Assembly (NCBI GenBank): GCA_002794465.1
Contig: MTSL01000003.1
Span: forward strand, 30,001-62,000
Direction of reading: 5' to 3'
Length of the DNA stretch: 32,000 nucleotides
Source of the DNA: Paramicrosporidium saccamoebae KSL3
Taxonomy: Eukaryota > Fungi > Cryptomycota
Shown here: piece after piece, positions 9,268-21,168 of the stretch
How the letters are laid out: each line of letters begins with the position of its first letter
How positions within the stretch are numbered: position 1 is the stretch's first letter
Translations under genes and position numbers: made by a program
The notes under the pieces: generated by a model
What the model saw: the letters and a program-made list of their open reading frames with translations, nothing else
Databases searched by the model: none
What the model was told of the DNA's origin: nothing

Positions 9268-11720
9268 ATGGCGACCCAGATTATTGATCATGCCAAGTCA
9301 TTCCAGTATATCTGCCTTTACATGTCTTACTGTTAGTTTAGAGGAATTCCAAAATCTTGTTGATGGGGCGAAATACGGAGACCTTCACATTGTGGCAATA
9401 TTGGGGCCTCAAAGCTCGGGTAAAAGCACTCTTTTGAACGGGCTCTTCCAGACCGGTTTTAAGGTCATGGACGAAACTATAAGACGTCAAACAACACGAG
9501 GTATTCTTCCTACTTTTGTGCTTATTTATGTAGGAATTTGGGCATGCCGTAATTCTGCTAATGATACGTTGGTTCTTGACGTGGAGGGGACTGATGGACG
9601 CGAACGTGGCGAAGACCAGGTACAACTACAATGGAAGACTAAGTGTCTAGGATTTTGAGAGGAAAAGTGCACTATTTTCACTGGCTATATCCGAAGTACT
9701 GATTGTCAACATTTGGGAAAACTCGGTGGGTCTCTATCACGCGGCAAATATGAATCTCCTTCGTACCGTCATGGATGTGCATTTTCAACTGGCTGATCCT
9801 TCTCGGTCATCTCGCACAGTTTTATTGTTTGTAATCCGTGATTATGTTGGCAAAACACCAAAAGAGAATCTCTCAAACGTAATTAGAGAAGATTTACGGA
9901 CAATATGGGCATCCTTGAAAGCCCAGCGCGTAGACGCGGATCTTGAAGACTCGTTTAATCTCCAGTTTGCATTTTTACCTCATAAAATACTCCAGCCGAA
10001 CGAATTCAATGAAGAGGTTGCCTGCTTGCGAAGAGCGTTTAAAGATGCGCATTTCGAGGACTACATTTTCCCCAAGACTAGTGCAAGTGCGGTTGAAAGC
10101 CATGATCTACCATTATTTGCTAAGAATATATGGGAAAAAATCGAGTCTAGTAAGGATTTAGATCTTCCCACAGAACGTGAGCTACTTGCACAGTTCCGCT
10201 GTGATGAAGTCTTAAACGTACAGTTGCACTTACCGTGGTTTAAAAATTGTAGAGAATTTTGGTAGAATTTTACACTGACATTGAAAATTCTCGCCAAGTT
10301 TTAAATCACAACAAGCAAGTTCGAGGCCTTGCACGCATCCTTTCTAGCAATATTACAAAATCAGTTGGTAAGATGCTGATATAGACTAACTTTCTAGAGC
10401 TTTTTGCTGCGGAGACTGGACGATATTCCAAGAATATTTCTCTTCGCAAATCTGAAGAACTTGAAGAAAGACTTGCACAAACCTGCCAAGACCTGATCAC
10501 AAAGCAGATGGAAATTAGCATCAAGGAGATACTCTGCGACTTTGATCTTGTTATAGAGGAGAGAGAGCCAGGAGAAAGCTTCAAAAGCGCACTTGTAGTG
10601 GCAAGAGAAGTTTCCAAAAAGAAGTTTACTGATACCCTCCACGGTACGAATTATCCCACATGGTTGTTTTTGTTAGATACAGTTCCGTCGTGTCTCGAGT
10701 TGAACGTGACATTCTATAATGAGAATTTCTCAACCGAGCTTGAATTCAGATGCGAAGCAATCAAGCTAAACGAGGCAACATCCATTGTCCAACGCTGTCA
10801 GAAAAAGATTGAAACGTTGCTTCAAGAAGTAAGGGGCGTCTCCTTCGGAATGGGCGCTGCGGAGAATTTTTGGAAACAGTTTTGGGAGCTTATGGCGAAA
10901 ATTGACGCTTTTTCTAAAAATGCACTCCAAGTTATCGAGTCTGGTATTCCTTTGGGTGGGCGATTAATGTTTAGAAGTATCCATGTCATTGCCCAAGTAC
11001 ACCAAGCTCCGACATGGACTGGAAAGCTGGGTGACAGAGGCTGTGGATGTATTACTCAAAGAAGAATTCACAGATCAGAGGATTGTGGATCGCATAGTTG
11101 CAAAGTAATTGGCGGGCTTCATATTGATTTTAAGGTTTGACAATATGTTCACGAGAGATGAAAGTGGTCTTCCTCGGATATGGAGGGATGAACTGGAAGT
11201 TGATGTATTTTACAAGACTTCTCGTGAGGCTGCTATGGAAGAAATTGATTCTTTACAATCCTCCGCGATCCCTGCCTGGGTAGATGACTCGGTATTAAAT
11301 GGCGTTTTCGGCAGTAACGAGGTACTGCATCTTGTTGACTTAATTATTGCTCAGATATCACTCATGAACAAGAGCTCGTCGACCCATGTACCAACGGCAG
11401 TCGACAAGCAGCTACAGCGTCGCTATATAGATGCCAAGAGATCAGCTTTATCCACAAATACCCACATTCCCCCCTGGGTGTTCTTGCTATTGCTGGTTTT
11501 AGGATGGAACGAGATCATGTCCATTCTAACTTCACCGCTATACTTTTTGCTTTTCCTCGTCATCTGTGCCGTTTTTGTAACGGTAAGGACCTTCAATCTG
11601 ACTCCGTATATTGGAATGGGGCTTGACTACATGATGCGGATTGCAAGACAGAAGACACTAGAATTTCAGCCTAAAGCCGCTCATCAGTCGGGGACCCGAT
11701 CTCACACCAAGGAAGACTGA
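9268..11720 (+). CDS. SEY1: ER membrane-fusion dynamin-like GTPase Sey1/RHD3, about 721 aa; introns 9306-9336, 9501-9533, 9620-9650, 10218-10252, 10368-10397, 10644-10676, 10944-10974, 11105-11134, 11322-11354
   Basis: [69 protein letters not shown], hairpin [17 protein letters not shown]. Three of the introns are in-frame and stop-free, so they are less certain. Confidence 0.95.
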
Positions 11721-11768
11721 CTAATGTTTTCATAATTTATAATACATTTAATGGCTTTGGTATTTGGG

Positions 11769-14700
11769 TTATATTAGTGAAGTCAAGTAGTTTCCAATCA
11801 ATTTGTTCAGGAACGGCTTGTGTATTTCCATATCCACGCCAAACTCCAATGCCAGTTTCAGACGGATCGACCTCCTGGTTGTCCTACTCAAATCACAACA
11901 AGATAGCAACTCATGAGTCCGCTTCTCGATGCGGTGCTCAAGGGACATGGGCATATCATTGCAACTGTCAATCCTCGCAAAAGAGTCTTCTGACGATACA
12001 TAATTTGTCATCTCGCTGCGTGAGCCTTGGCAGAAAAGGTCGTCTGGATCAAGCATAATGTTTGAAAGCCTGCTGGAAGCTGAATGCGCTAGCTGCCGTT
12101 GGTCAGGTGATGCGTTCCGATCATCCCAGGGTTGAAGATGCACATTGTGATAAAACGTGTTTTCCACTTCGCCAAAGTCAAAGTTTTCTTTTGTCTTTTC
12201 GCCGGTTATCTGTCGCGTGTTCCCCCAGGAAAAGTCATCAAAATGCCAAAATGCATATAATGGAATAACGAAGCCGAATATAGGTAGTGCGAGCAAATGG
12301 ATCGTCATCCATCCAATGTGTTGCCATTGTTTCTTCAAGAGGAACACTATGACCTGCATCCCATAGACTGCCGCGAGAAGGGCCAACGAGACAAGAGGGA
12401 TGGTGTTGGATTCCATGGATTCGTAAATAAGAAATGCTAGATATATAACACATGCAGGCATTACTAAGGTTGCATATAGATCCACCAATACGATGAATCT
12501 CATGGAAAAGCAACAGAAGCCGCACATGTCAGGCAGTAATAAGAGTTCAAAGAGATTATGGATCGTCGAGTTAATCCATCTTCGGCGTTGACTCAGTAAT
12601 ACTGGCCACCTTTCCGGAGCCACCGTCAAACAGGCGGCATCAGGTGTAAACTTTGTGCGATTTTTGGGGAAATGCTTGAGCATCAAAGTTGTCAGATAAC
12701 GGTCCTCTCCGAGCGAGAGTAGATTCTTTTTATGTAGAGTGCTCACGGTGACCTCTGAGTACTCGTCAAGCAGCTCTTTCTTCACTATTAATGGCGTTTT
12801 TTTCGGTGACCGGATACGGTAAAGGCAAAAACATCCCGGAAGACACGTAACAGTTCCGAATAGAGACTCAAACGCCTTTGAGAGGTGATGGCTGATGTAA
12901 TATTCATACACCTGGATCATTGTTACCCAGGAGTATTTTTCGTTTGACAATTTCGTCTCTCCACATATACCCATTACCTTTCCATCATGTACACAGCAGG
13001 AAACCATTCTATTAAGAGACTCGGGAAGCACTTCTGTATCGGCATCAACCATCAGTAGATACTCGTAGAGCGAGGGATCAACGCCGATGAAATTTTTGAT
13101 ATGCAGGTATATTTCTAGATCCAACGGAGTCATCGGGTCACGGTAATGTACATTACTTAGAAAGCGCAAGAGAACCATTTGTGAATCTCGCTTGCCGCGA
13201 TTTCCAGGTCGGATTGTTTCGTGGCTGTTGCCGACCTTGACTACGACAACAAAAGGAACACGCTGGCCACCACACTCATAGAGGCCCGAGTATACCTTGG
13301 CAAAATTGACATAGCGGCTCCCCTCAGCTAGTGAAAATGATCCTCGAACGGGCGGATCGGCAGAGGGATCAACGCCAAGAATATCTAGAACTATCGTTGG
13401 AGTAGGCCGATCATTTCCATTTCCGATGACTATCCCATCCGCTACAATAAACAGCAATTTCCTCTTGTTATCATATTGTAGTTGTGCCAGCGAGTCAATT
13501 GTCTTCCTTAGGGATTCCTCGTCCTCGGTGTAGCAAGGCACGTGAATGATGACAAATTTGTCAAGATCTTCAGGTTCTCTTTTGGATCCCAGCTGTAGAG
13601 CAGCTAAAAATTTCACAAGCATGATTAAAGCGAGCATTCCAGTGCTACCTAGTAGAATGTACTTGCTAACCATGCAGTTGACAGAATTTCGCTCATCCAA
13701 GACACCCAAAAAGTAATCTCTCAACTTGTTGATGTCAGTTTCCGAACCGGGATAGGCAAAGGCAAGAGTTTTGTCGACTCCCCAAGGCGCCGATAGTGCC
13801 TCAACAGCGGCCTGACTGAGTGTACCCCAATTCCCGATAACATTTGAAATGTCATAAACAGCGCCTCTGATGGAAACCTTGGCATTATTCTGGGTAAAAC
13901 CTTCATCTCTTAAGAGGTGTGGAATTCCAAGATAAACTTTGTTTTTCAACGATCTCAAAATTGACATACTCTCAATGCGATGGATGAAACCCGTCTCTGT
14001 AGCTCTTCTTTGGTCATCAGAAGCACCAATTGTGTCCATACCTGCATCATTAAGGCCATGTTGTGAAATCTTTGAGCCTAGTGTGGGAGCATCGGGCAGT
14101 CGTGGTTTTTTAATACGGCGGCGCTTTGCTGCAGAGATCGAGCGAATATCTTTTTGGTCTATTTTAAAAGCTTTCGACGGCCGATAGTCATTTTCTGGGT
14201 CTCGTTTGTAAAACTTGTAAACAGGACCAATCGAAAACTGAGCACGCACGGCCTCGAGCTTTGAAGGTGGCGGGAAGAGCGACGATGCGTCAAGCCCAGC
14301 CCAATTGTAAATGTGGTCTGATAATGCACTTCCTTTAGTATGTCGCAGCACCAGTGGTGAAACATCATATACGATCCCATGGATAATCACATGCGGCCGG
14401 CTCTTTGGCTGCCTTGTGACTTCTGCCATTGTCATGATACGCTGTTTTGGGCATACTACAATGCTGAGGCCCATGATGAAGAATAGCATAAGGAGACTCA
14501 CAGATCCGATAATCACGACCAGAGTCACCTTTTCACGCCATGCGTCCCGCATGTCCGGGTGATGGAGACCAATCCAAGAAAGGAAAGTATCTGGTATGTA
14601 CCAAGTGGAAACAAAGGCAAAAAATCGCCAAATTTTCCTCCCTGTGGCATTTGACTTGGATCTCATTTCTTCAACCTCCACTAATCGCTTTGCTTCGACC

Positions 14701-16509
14701 TCGATCATTTTGGCCATTGGTACAATGGAATGCTTCAATTCCCCAGAAGATTTTTGAAGGTTGAACAGTGATGATTGCATGAACTCTGACGAATCGGCGT
14801 CAGAATCGTGTATTAGAGTGCTCGAGCTATTCTCAAACGTGCGCTCCCATAATTCCTTTATGCCAGAGACTGAGAGGTTTATGGTATTCCTCGTTGCTAT
14901 CACTTTAAAAGTTGGGATATTGGCTTTCTTGAGAATTGACATGCAGGCTTCATCACTAGTGTCACTCTGAGTAATGGGGTCTAGCCTAGAGAAAGTTGCC
15001 ACAAATTCTGCGTGGCTTAGCCGACAAAAGCCGACTCCGGAGGCCTCTGCGATTTGACCTTGAATTATTTCCGTTTTCAGCGAGTTGGTAATATGCTGTA
15101 CATCAAATATACTCGGCTCTCCAGTGACATTGGAATCAATACATTCAAGCGTCCAAGGAGTAGTACCATGCGAAGAATGTCTTGCCAATGCTCGACGGAG
15201 CCCAGAATCTATCAATTAAAGACGAAAGTTGAGTATTTACTCTTGATGAGCTCGTGGAAAAACTTGTTTGTACAGCATATATCTGAAATATGCCTATGGA
15301 GGTCATATTCAGAAGACTGTGAGTCTGCTTTGGGGAGGCCGCATGTAATGCTTATCCAATGTTCAGCACCTCTTTCACATGACATCTGAGTGTTCAGCTG
15401 CTGGAAAATCCAGCGCAACAATGCGCCATAGAGAGAGGCGATAAAGTGTCTAGTATTCACATTTGCCTCAATATGACCGAGAATAGCCGAATATTTAGTT
15501 CCTTCGCCCAAAGTCTTTTCGAGCGTAACTTGTTCATATCGCGGCGGCCTGGTGGACAGAATAGTTACCAGGTCAGATTCTGCAATTCCGAGGAGTCGCG
15601 AGGCCCGGAAAAGTGATTCTTGATTGCTGATCAGCCAACCATCAAGGTCGTCATGATTCGGAAGGATCTCAATGTTCCCAAGATGTAGCATCGCAGATAT
15701 AGTGGCAAGAAAGTCGCTGATTAAAAACGACTGGCTCTTAAGTGAGAGTAAACCTTTGAGAAATTGATTCAGTGACAATTCGCATTCTGTCAGCGATACG
15801 TAATCTCCCTCCAAGACTTTGAACTTACAGTTGTCAAGGAAAAGATCTTTTCTACATGAACCTCGCAAACCAGAATAAACAAGATGGAAAATCAAAGAAA
15901 ATCCTGTGCGCCTGTGGAATACAGCATTTGAGGCCTCGCGGAATTCTGTATGAAGATCTGCACCAGCGATACGCTCCCTTGACTGATATATGTTCATACT
16001 CCATGAGTGTGGCGTCAGGATGGCTTGATTTTTAAAAGCCAACAATGGCCAGATAATGTCTGGCACAAGACGAACAGTATTGATTAATGTTACTTCTGGC
16101 ATAGAAGACCTTGGCATCAAAATATTAGTAAGATGATACAAGCACTGCTTAATTTGCATATACTCTCCAACGCTACCCGGCCCTCTACAGATTGAAGTGT
16201 GCGAGCATACACCTACCTGATAGCCAGGTTCTGAACTTTTCGTGTACTGATCCAGTGGGCATGAATCAAAGACAAGAAGCCATATAAATGCGGATACTGG
16301 AATAAATGCAGAGGCCCGTACTTAGCATAGTAGTTCGAGGCATCGTCATTGAACACGGCTGGCGATGGGCAAAAGGGATTCACAAATAGACAGCACCGGT
16401 AACTGATCAGACTGTACAATATCTCCTGGTCAAATCGTTGCTTCAGAACAGCGGTAATATTATCCAGGTTTGAGTTTGGAGGAAAGGTGCACTCATAGGA
16501 ATCGTCCAT
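11769..16509 (-). CDS. Chitin synthase with degenerate N-terminal myosin-motor-like domain, cytochrome b5-like domains and C-terminal DEK-C (class V/VII type), about 1558 aa; introns 16185-16216 and 15209-15240
   Basis: GEDRYL and SQRRRWINST catalytic motifs, VGNSHETIRPGNRGKRDSQ, IHGIVYDV and IRGAVYDI b5-like motifs, DEK-C-like end. Myosin-like LKQRF..ILYS..LFVNP start and LHLGNIEI. Confidence 0.95.
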
Positions 16510-16604
16510 CGGTGTGACGAAGGGCCTCTACGAAATTCAAATAGACTGTTTACGCAACTATTACGTCAATATAGCCATTTAGGGCAAATGAGGTTTAATA
16601 GCAC

Positions 16605-17657
16605 CTAATACCAAAAACTGATAGATATGCTATGTGTACGCCCAATAACTAAATGCCACCAGCCTTTTGGCACATAAAGCACGTCTCCGGGATGCAGAGT
16701 GACTTCCCTAACAGGAAAATCTATTTCACCGGCGTTCATTGAGGATAGATCTAGAGAGCTCGTGTTTTTGTCGCAGATCGGCAATGACTGCGAGTACTTG
16801 GGATCCACAAGGAAAAACGTTTTATACCCAACAATTTGACAAAAAAAGTTATCATAAGGGTCAGTATGAAGGGGGGTGGCAGTGCCGGATTTTCCGATCC
16901 AAACGTTCCAAAGTATACAGTCGGATTGCATAGTGATCAAATCGGGAACCTGGATCAAAGCTCCCAGTTCTGGTATTTGAGAGAAGAGGTCGTGTTGTGC
17001 TAGATACAGCTTTTCATTACATTCGTCAGCCATCAAATAGTCCAGGAATTCTCCAAATGCCACCAATCTTTGTTCCCAGGAATTCTCCAAATAGGTTCCT
17101 CCCACCTCAACAGGCACAAGTCGATGGCCGTATCTTGCAGCAAAAAAATCCAGGCACTGCCATTCACGCAATACAGGCCAGTGACTAATGATATCCTTCA
17201 ACACTAGGGGATTCGTTCGAGCACCAAAGAAGTAATCAACTGATGGGCTACTGCAGCGCTCTACTTTTTCATATTTCGGACTTGTTGTCCCACTAGGGGG
17301 TTGTTCTGGCGAAATGCGACCGACTTTCCATCGGGTGTTAAAAGCTGCAAGAACTTTGCTAAATTCTGCTTCTAAGTAGGCAATGGATTGTAACAAATTT
17401 GGACGAGGACCCACAGTTAGAATCGCCCTGTCCAGCGACTGTATTGCCTCTACGACTTTTCCTTGCCTGGAATAAACCTCGGAAAGCGCAACTTCCACAC
17501 GCTCAAAGGAGTCTAATAAGCTACCTACTTTAGCTGACTTGTTGAATTCCAATTGCACCGCCACCCGTCTTTCTGACTCTAACCGGAGAAGGGCCTCTAA
17601 TCGTTCTGCCGTCTCCACAATATTTAACGCACTGTCCAGGTCAACTAATATGGTCAT
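16605..17657 (-). CDS. JmjC 2-oxoglutarate/Fe(II) oxygenase, JMJD5/KDM8-like
   Basis: HRLVPVEVG, LYLAQHDLFSQIPEL, TPLHTDPYDN (HxD), LHPGDVLYVPKGWWH (distal His). Confidence 0.85.
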   Translation of the reverse strand: MTILVDLDSALNIVETAERLEALLRLESERRVAVQLEFNKSAKVGSLLDSFERVEVALSEVYSRQGKVVEAIQSLDRAILTVGPRPNLLQSIAYLEAEFSKVLAAFNTRWKVGRISPEQPPSGTTSPKYEKVERCSSPSVDYFFGARTNPLVLKDIISHWPVLREWQCLDFFAARYGHRLVPVEVGGTYLENSWEQRLVAFGEFLDYLMADECNEKLYLAQHDLFSQIPELGALIQVPDLITMQSDCILWNVWIGKSGTATPLHTDPYDNFFCQIVGYKTFFLVDPKYSQSLPICDKNTSSLDLSSMNAGEIDFPVREVTLHPGDVLYVPKGWWHLVIGRTHSISISFWY

Positions 17658-17778
17658 TCATCAATGAGAGGAGAGGATACAATCGCGTGACGTGGTGGAT
17701 TGACTGGCCTGATTTGAAGACATGATATCTAGATCAACCAATAGTCTGGGTCTGTGGCTACCAGAGCCAATACCTAAT

Positions 17779-17938
17779 TTGTAGTGGGGAGGCCCTGTGG
17801 GACCGTCTGTTTATAATTAGCGGTCCCAATCTACAATCAAGATGACTCCCCCCTACAATCCAAGCTCGCCGTATTGAGGGCGGTGGCCTGTGAAGAAACC
17901 ACATACTTTGCTAATGTAACCTCTGGCCACCAACAGGT
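17779..17938 (+). ncRNA. Candidate box H/ACA snoRNA
   Basis: 5' hairpin TGGGACCG/CGGTCCCA with TTGTAG/CTACAA, ANANNA box AGATGA 17840-17845, 3' hairpin GGTGGCC/GGCCACC followed by ACA 17933-17935 and 3 nt. Pocket geometry fits; upper stem is weak. Confidence 0.4.
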
Positions 17939-18021
17939 CCCTGATCCATAGATGTGATATACTCGCTCGCATCCTGCATTCTCACGCTATAATATTTATT
18001 CGTTACAAATTATTACTCACG

Positions 18022-18516
18022 TCAATCGGCGTGCCTACTGGCTTGACTCGAGCGCTTAAATTTTAAAAGACCGACATTGCTGAAAGAGCCCCTTAGGAAA
18101 TCCTGGTATTCGCCATCTGACCATTTTTTCTTTCGGTAGTTTATAAGGGTCACATTTGCGGGTAACTCTTCTCCGCTAAAAAGCTCGAATTTTGGAACTC
18201 CCTTCACGGTGGGTGGCCTTCTAGGTTCGCAGAGATATCGTAAAAGGTCTGAGCAAGTGGAGAATGAGGCAAGGACGTGATCAGGAACGGGTGTATCTGC
18301 GGCCTTGCTAGCTGCAAGAATGATTTTCGTGTCGGTGACTGCATCAGAACCTAACTTTATGGATTCTACTGGAGTTGTCTCGCTGGCCTGGATGCAGGAG
18401 CGAATGGCCTGCTGAATGCTCTTCCTTGAGACAGCTGAATGCAGTTGCCGTGAAATTGTCGGGATTCGGGAAAGGACCGGAGCGACTGAAATTCCCTTAA
18501 GCGGCACCATGGGCAT
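18022..18516 (-). CDS. Probable mitochondrial ribosomal protein mL50-like
   Basis: Presequence-like N-terminus. KIILAASKAADTPVPDHVLASFSTCSDLLRYL...LPANV resembles the mL50 core as I recall it. Confidence 0.55.
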   Translation of the reverse strand: MPMVPLKGISVAPVLSRIPTISRQLHSAVSRKSIQQAIRSCIQASETTPVESIKLGSDAVTDTKIILAASKAADTPVPDHVLASFSTCSDLLRYLCEPRRPPTVKGVPKFELFSGEELPANVTLINYRKKKWSDGEYQDFLRGSFSNVGLLKFKRSSQASRHAD

Positions 18517-18606
18517 TTTGAATTTTGTATTAACTTTTGCATAAAAGTGTAGTCAATCCGTCTCAGTGTATACAATACTTTATTCTCAAGCAGATGGGGC
18601 CACATT

Positions 18607-19274
18607 CTAGTCATCTTTTGCCCGTTCAACGTTTCCAGAAGATTGAACATCAGCTGAGACGCTGCGACGTTCACAGCGAAGCTTCCAGGTGCTTATAGCC
18701 GCTTTGACTTTTTCGTGAATGCGTTTCTGGAGCGCTGGCCGATATCCGAGGACAAACAACAATTCCATAAACACAAAGAGAGGGGCCAGCAAAAGGGCCT
18801 GTAGTGTATTGTCGAGAATGGCGGGCGCACGACGCTCAATGAATGTGTGCGAGAGGACCTGAACACCCCAACCAATTATTTGGATGGCAAGTGGCGCCTT
18901 CCAGGCATAGCCAGTCTTGATGGCAAACACGTTTGCAGAGTAGGTCAACGTGAGGAGGAACGGTGCATAAACAGCCTACACAGTCTAGTCATAATGGCAA
19001 GAAATACGCCTGCAACGGGCTCCAGCAAGAGATAGTAAAAGATGAAGAGAAAGGTGAGGGCGAACGAAAAGTTGAAGGGTATTTGTTGAAACAATATCTG
19101 GACGGGCAGGTTGGCCATAAAGACCATGGAAGACCAGAATATCATTGGAACGAAAATGATGTGCACCACTCGATTCCTACCACATTAATACAAGGGAACC
19201 CGGCAATTTTACCATGGATTGTTATGGTACTGTCCATAAAATGTCAACTGTTCTTCAAAGTTTAGCCACCCCAT
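18607..19274 (-). CDS. MPO1: Mpo1/DUF962 2-hydroxy fatty acid dioxygenase, 199 aa; introns 19177-19212 and 18976-19007
   Basis: QLTFYGQYHNNPWNRVVHIIFVP, GWGVQVLSHTFIERRAPAILDN, QALLLAPLFVFMELLF..GYRP. Confidence 0.9.
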
Positions 19275-19376
19275 GGAAGCTGCAGCAGAACCACGAAGGC
19301 GTTGACTGCGGACCGGGCCGGGGGGACGATAAAGTTCATCAACCCAACTTGAGCAATCGCTGAGCGTTTGTCTATT

Positions 19377-20880
19377 TTATTCACTCAATAAACTCAAAAA
19401 CCGATTGGAACGTGAAAGTCTATCATCATTGCTTGAATCCTCAGGCTCTTGCGATTCGTCTTCCGAGTTGGCGCTATCCCCATAAACTATTGTGCGTGCT
19501 ATCGGCCCAGAGTACAGCTCCGGATACCATGCAATCAGTACTCTTCCATCCAGAATCATGCGAAGGAGAAGATTTGCAGCACGATGGACATCAGGACGTC
19601 CAGCCTTGGAGGTGAAGAATCCTTTTTGAATAGCAAAACTCTCACAAATGAGGAGGACAGACCATTCGCACTCTCCTGGCGGCAAAGTCAGACCTAAGGA
19701 CTTTGGAATATTTAGCAACAACGTCGCCGCTAGGATCGGGCCAAAAGGATCTCGAAGCTGTGCAATGTTAAACAATCCGTTGAGAACTTGCAATTCCCGA
19801 GAAAGAGAAACGGGGAAGATCAAGCCAGGACAGTCACAGAGGCGAATGTTTTTGGTGAGATGAATTGTTTGAAAGTGTTTGGTGTGACCTGGAGTTTTTG
19901 ACGCGCTGACGACTTTATGGCCGACAATGCTATTGATCAAAGACGACTTTCCGACATTTGGATGACCTAGCATTCCGATAGTGATGCAGCTCACCTCGGT
20001 TGTTGGCATGGATTCGTCCAATTTCGCTCCCGAGGTACCTTTCCGGGAAATCATCTCCCATTCAGTATCGTTCCTATTATTTACGGCCAACTTGCAACGG
20101 TCCAAAAGTTCTTGAACACCCAAGGAATCTCGATATCGGCGAGGATTTTTCACAGCAGCGGCTGTATCTACAATGTCGTAAACACTTGTTTCCACCAACA
20201 CTAAGGCCTCGCCAAAGTACGATTGCATAGATGTCTTCCAAAAATCGACTAGTTTTGGATCAACGAGGTCGCACTTCATCAAAGCGCAAATCACAGGCTT
20301 TTTCAAGGTTTCCAAATATCGATGAAGGGAGAGTGGGTAATGCAACAGCGGAAAACGTATATCCAAGACAACCACAATCACATCCGACACTTCGCAGACC
20401 CTCCAAAACTGTCTCCAAACCTCGAGATTGTGCTCAAAAAAGCCAAGCTGACAGTCTGAAGCATAGATATCTTTGAGCCATTGCTCATGGTGTTCAAATT
20501 CACTCACGTCAAGCTGATCTTTTGACATGTCAGAGGTCCAGGATGGTCTCATTGGAATCGGCATACTTGTGGACGCATAAAACTCTGTGATGTTGACGGC
20601 CGTGCTCGAGGAGCCAGATGACTTTAGAGGGGAAGTGTACAGTGGATTTTCCATGCATTTGATCAGAAACGCTTCTTTATCGCGCGGAACCCAATCTGAG
20701 ACGAGCTTACTAAACTGGTTAGGACCAGACACAAAAAGAGCACTTTGTCCTTCTAGTAGGAGGACTTGGAGCGGCCACAACTGTGGGCAATGCATTTTCC
20801 GGTTGGGCCTTTCGCTGACGTCTTTCTTGCAATTGCTGCTTCTTTTTCTTTCCACTAAACGGCTTCGCTCGTGACGACAT
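19377..20880 (-). CDS. GNL1: Circularly permuted YlqF/YawG GTPase, GNL1-like, 489 aa; intron 20710-20743
   Basis: N-terminus MSSRAKPFSGKKKKQQLQ, FEHNLEVWRQFWRV, DIRFP, MKCD (G4) preceding GHPNVGKSS (G1), TPGHT, DCPG. Confidence 0.88.
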
Positions 20881-20929
20881 TCGTGGGGATAGTTTACGAA
20901 AATGCTTAGCGAATGACAAGTGCTTGAAT

Positions 20930-20937
20930 CTGATTGG
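20930..20937. promoter_or_regulatory. CCAAT box in the GNL1/STE12 divergent promoter
   Basis: CTGATTGG 50 nt upstream of the GNL1 ATG. Confidence 0.5.
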
Positions 20938-21168
20938 CTCTAAACGCGAGGACTTGCTCATTGGGCTGATACGCGTTCATTAGCAAGTGACAGTATCATC
21001 CAATAGGATAGCAGCCACAGACTACCTTCCAGTGATATGCAGTGCGTGCCTTCCAGCCTTTGTTATTGGATAAATTCATGCCTCTGCCCAATAGTAGTTG
21101 GCCAGAATCTTCATCTCTGTCCCGGCCGATCCTACAAGTGCTTAATCGTACTCGTGCTTACAGTAGAC

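Noticed and set aside
8198-16509. Split ORFs as frameshifted pseudogenes, programmed frameshifts or a non-standard genetic code
   Set aside because: Every break is resolved by a 30-37 nt GT-AG intron that restores conserved motifs and total frame.
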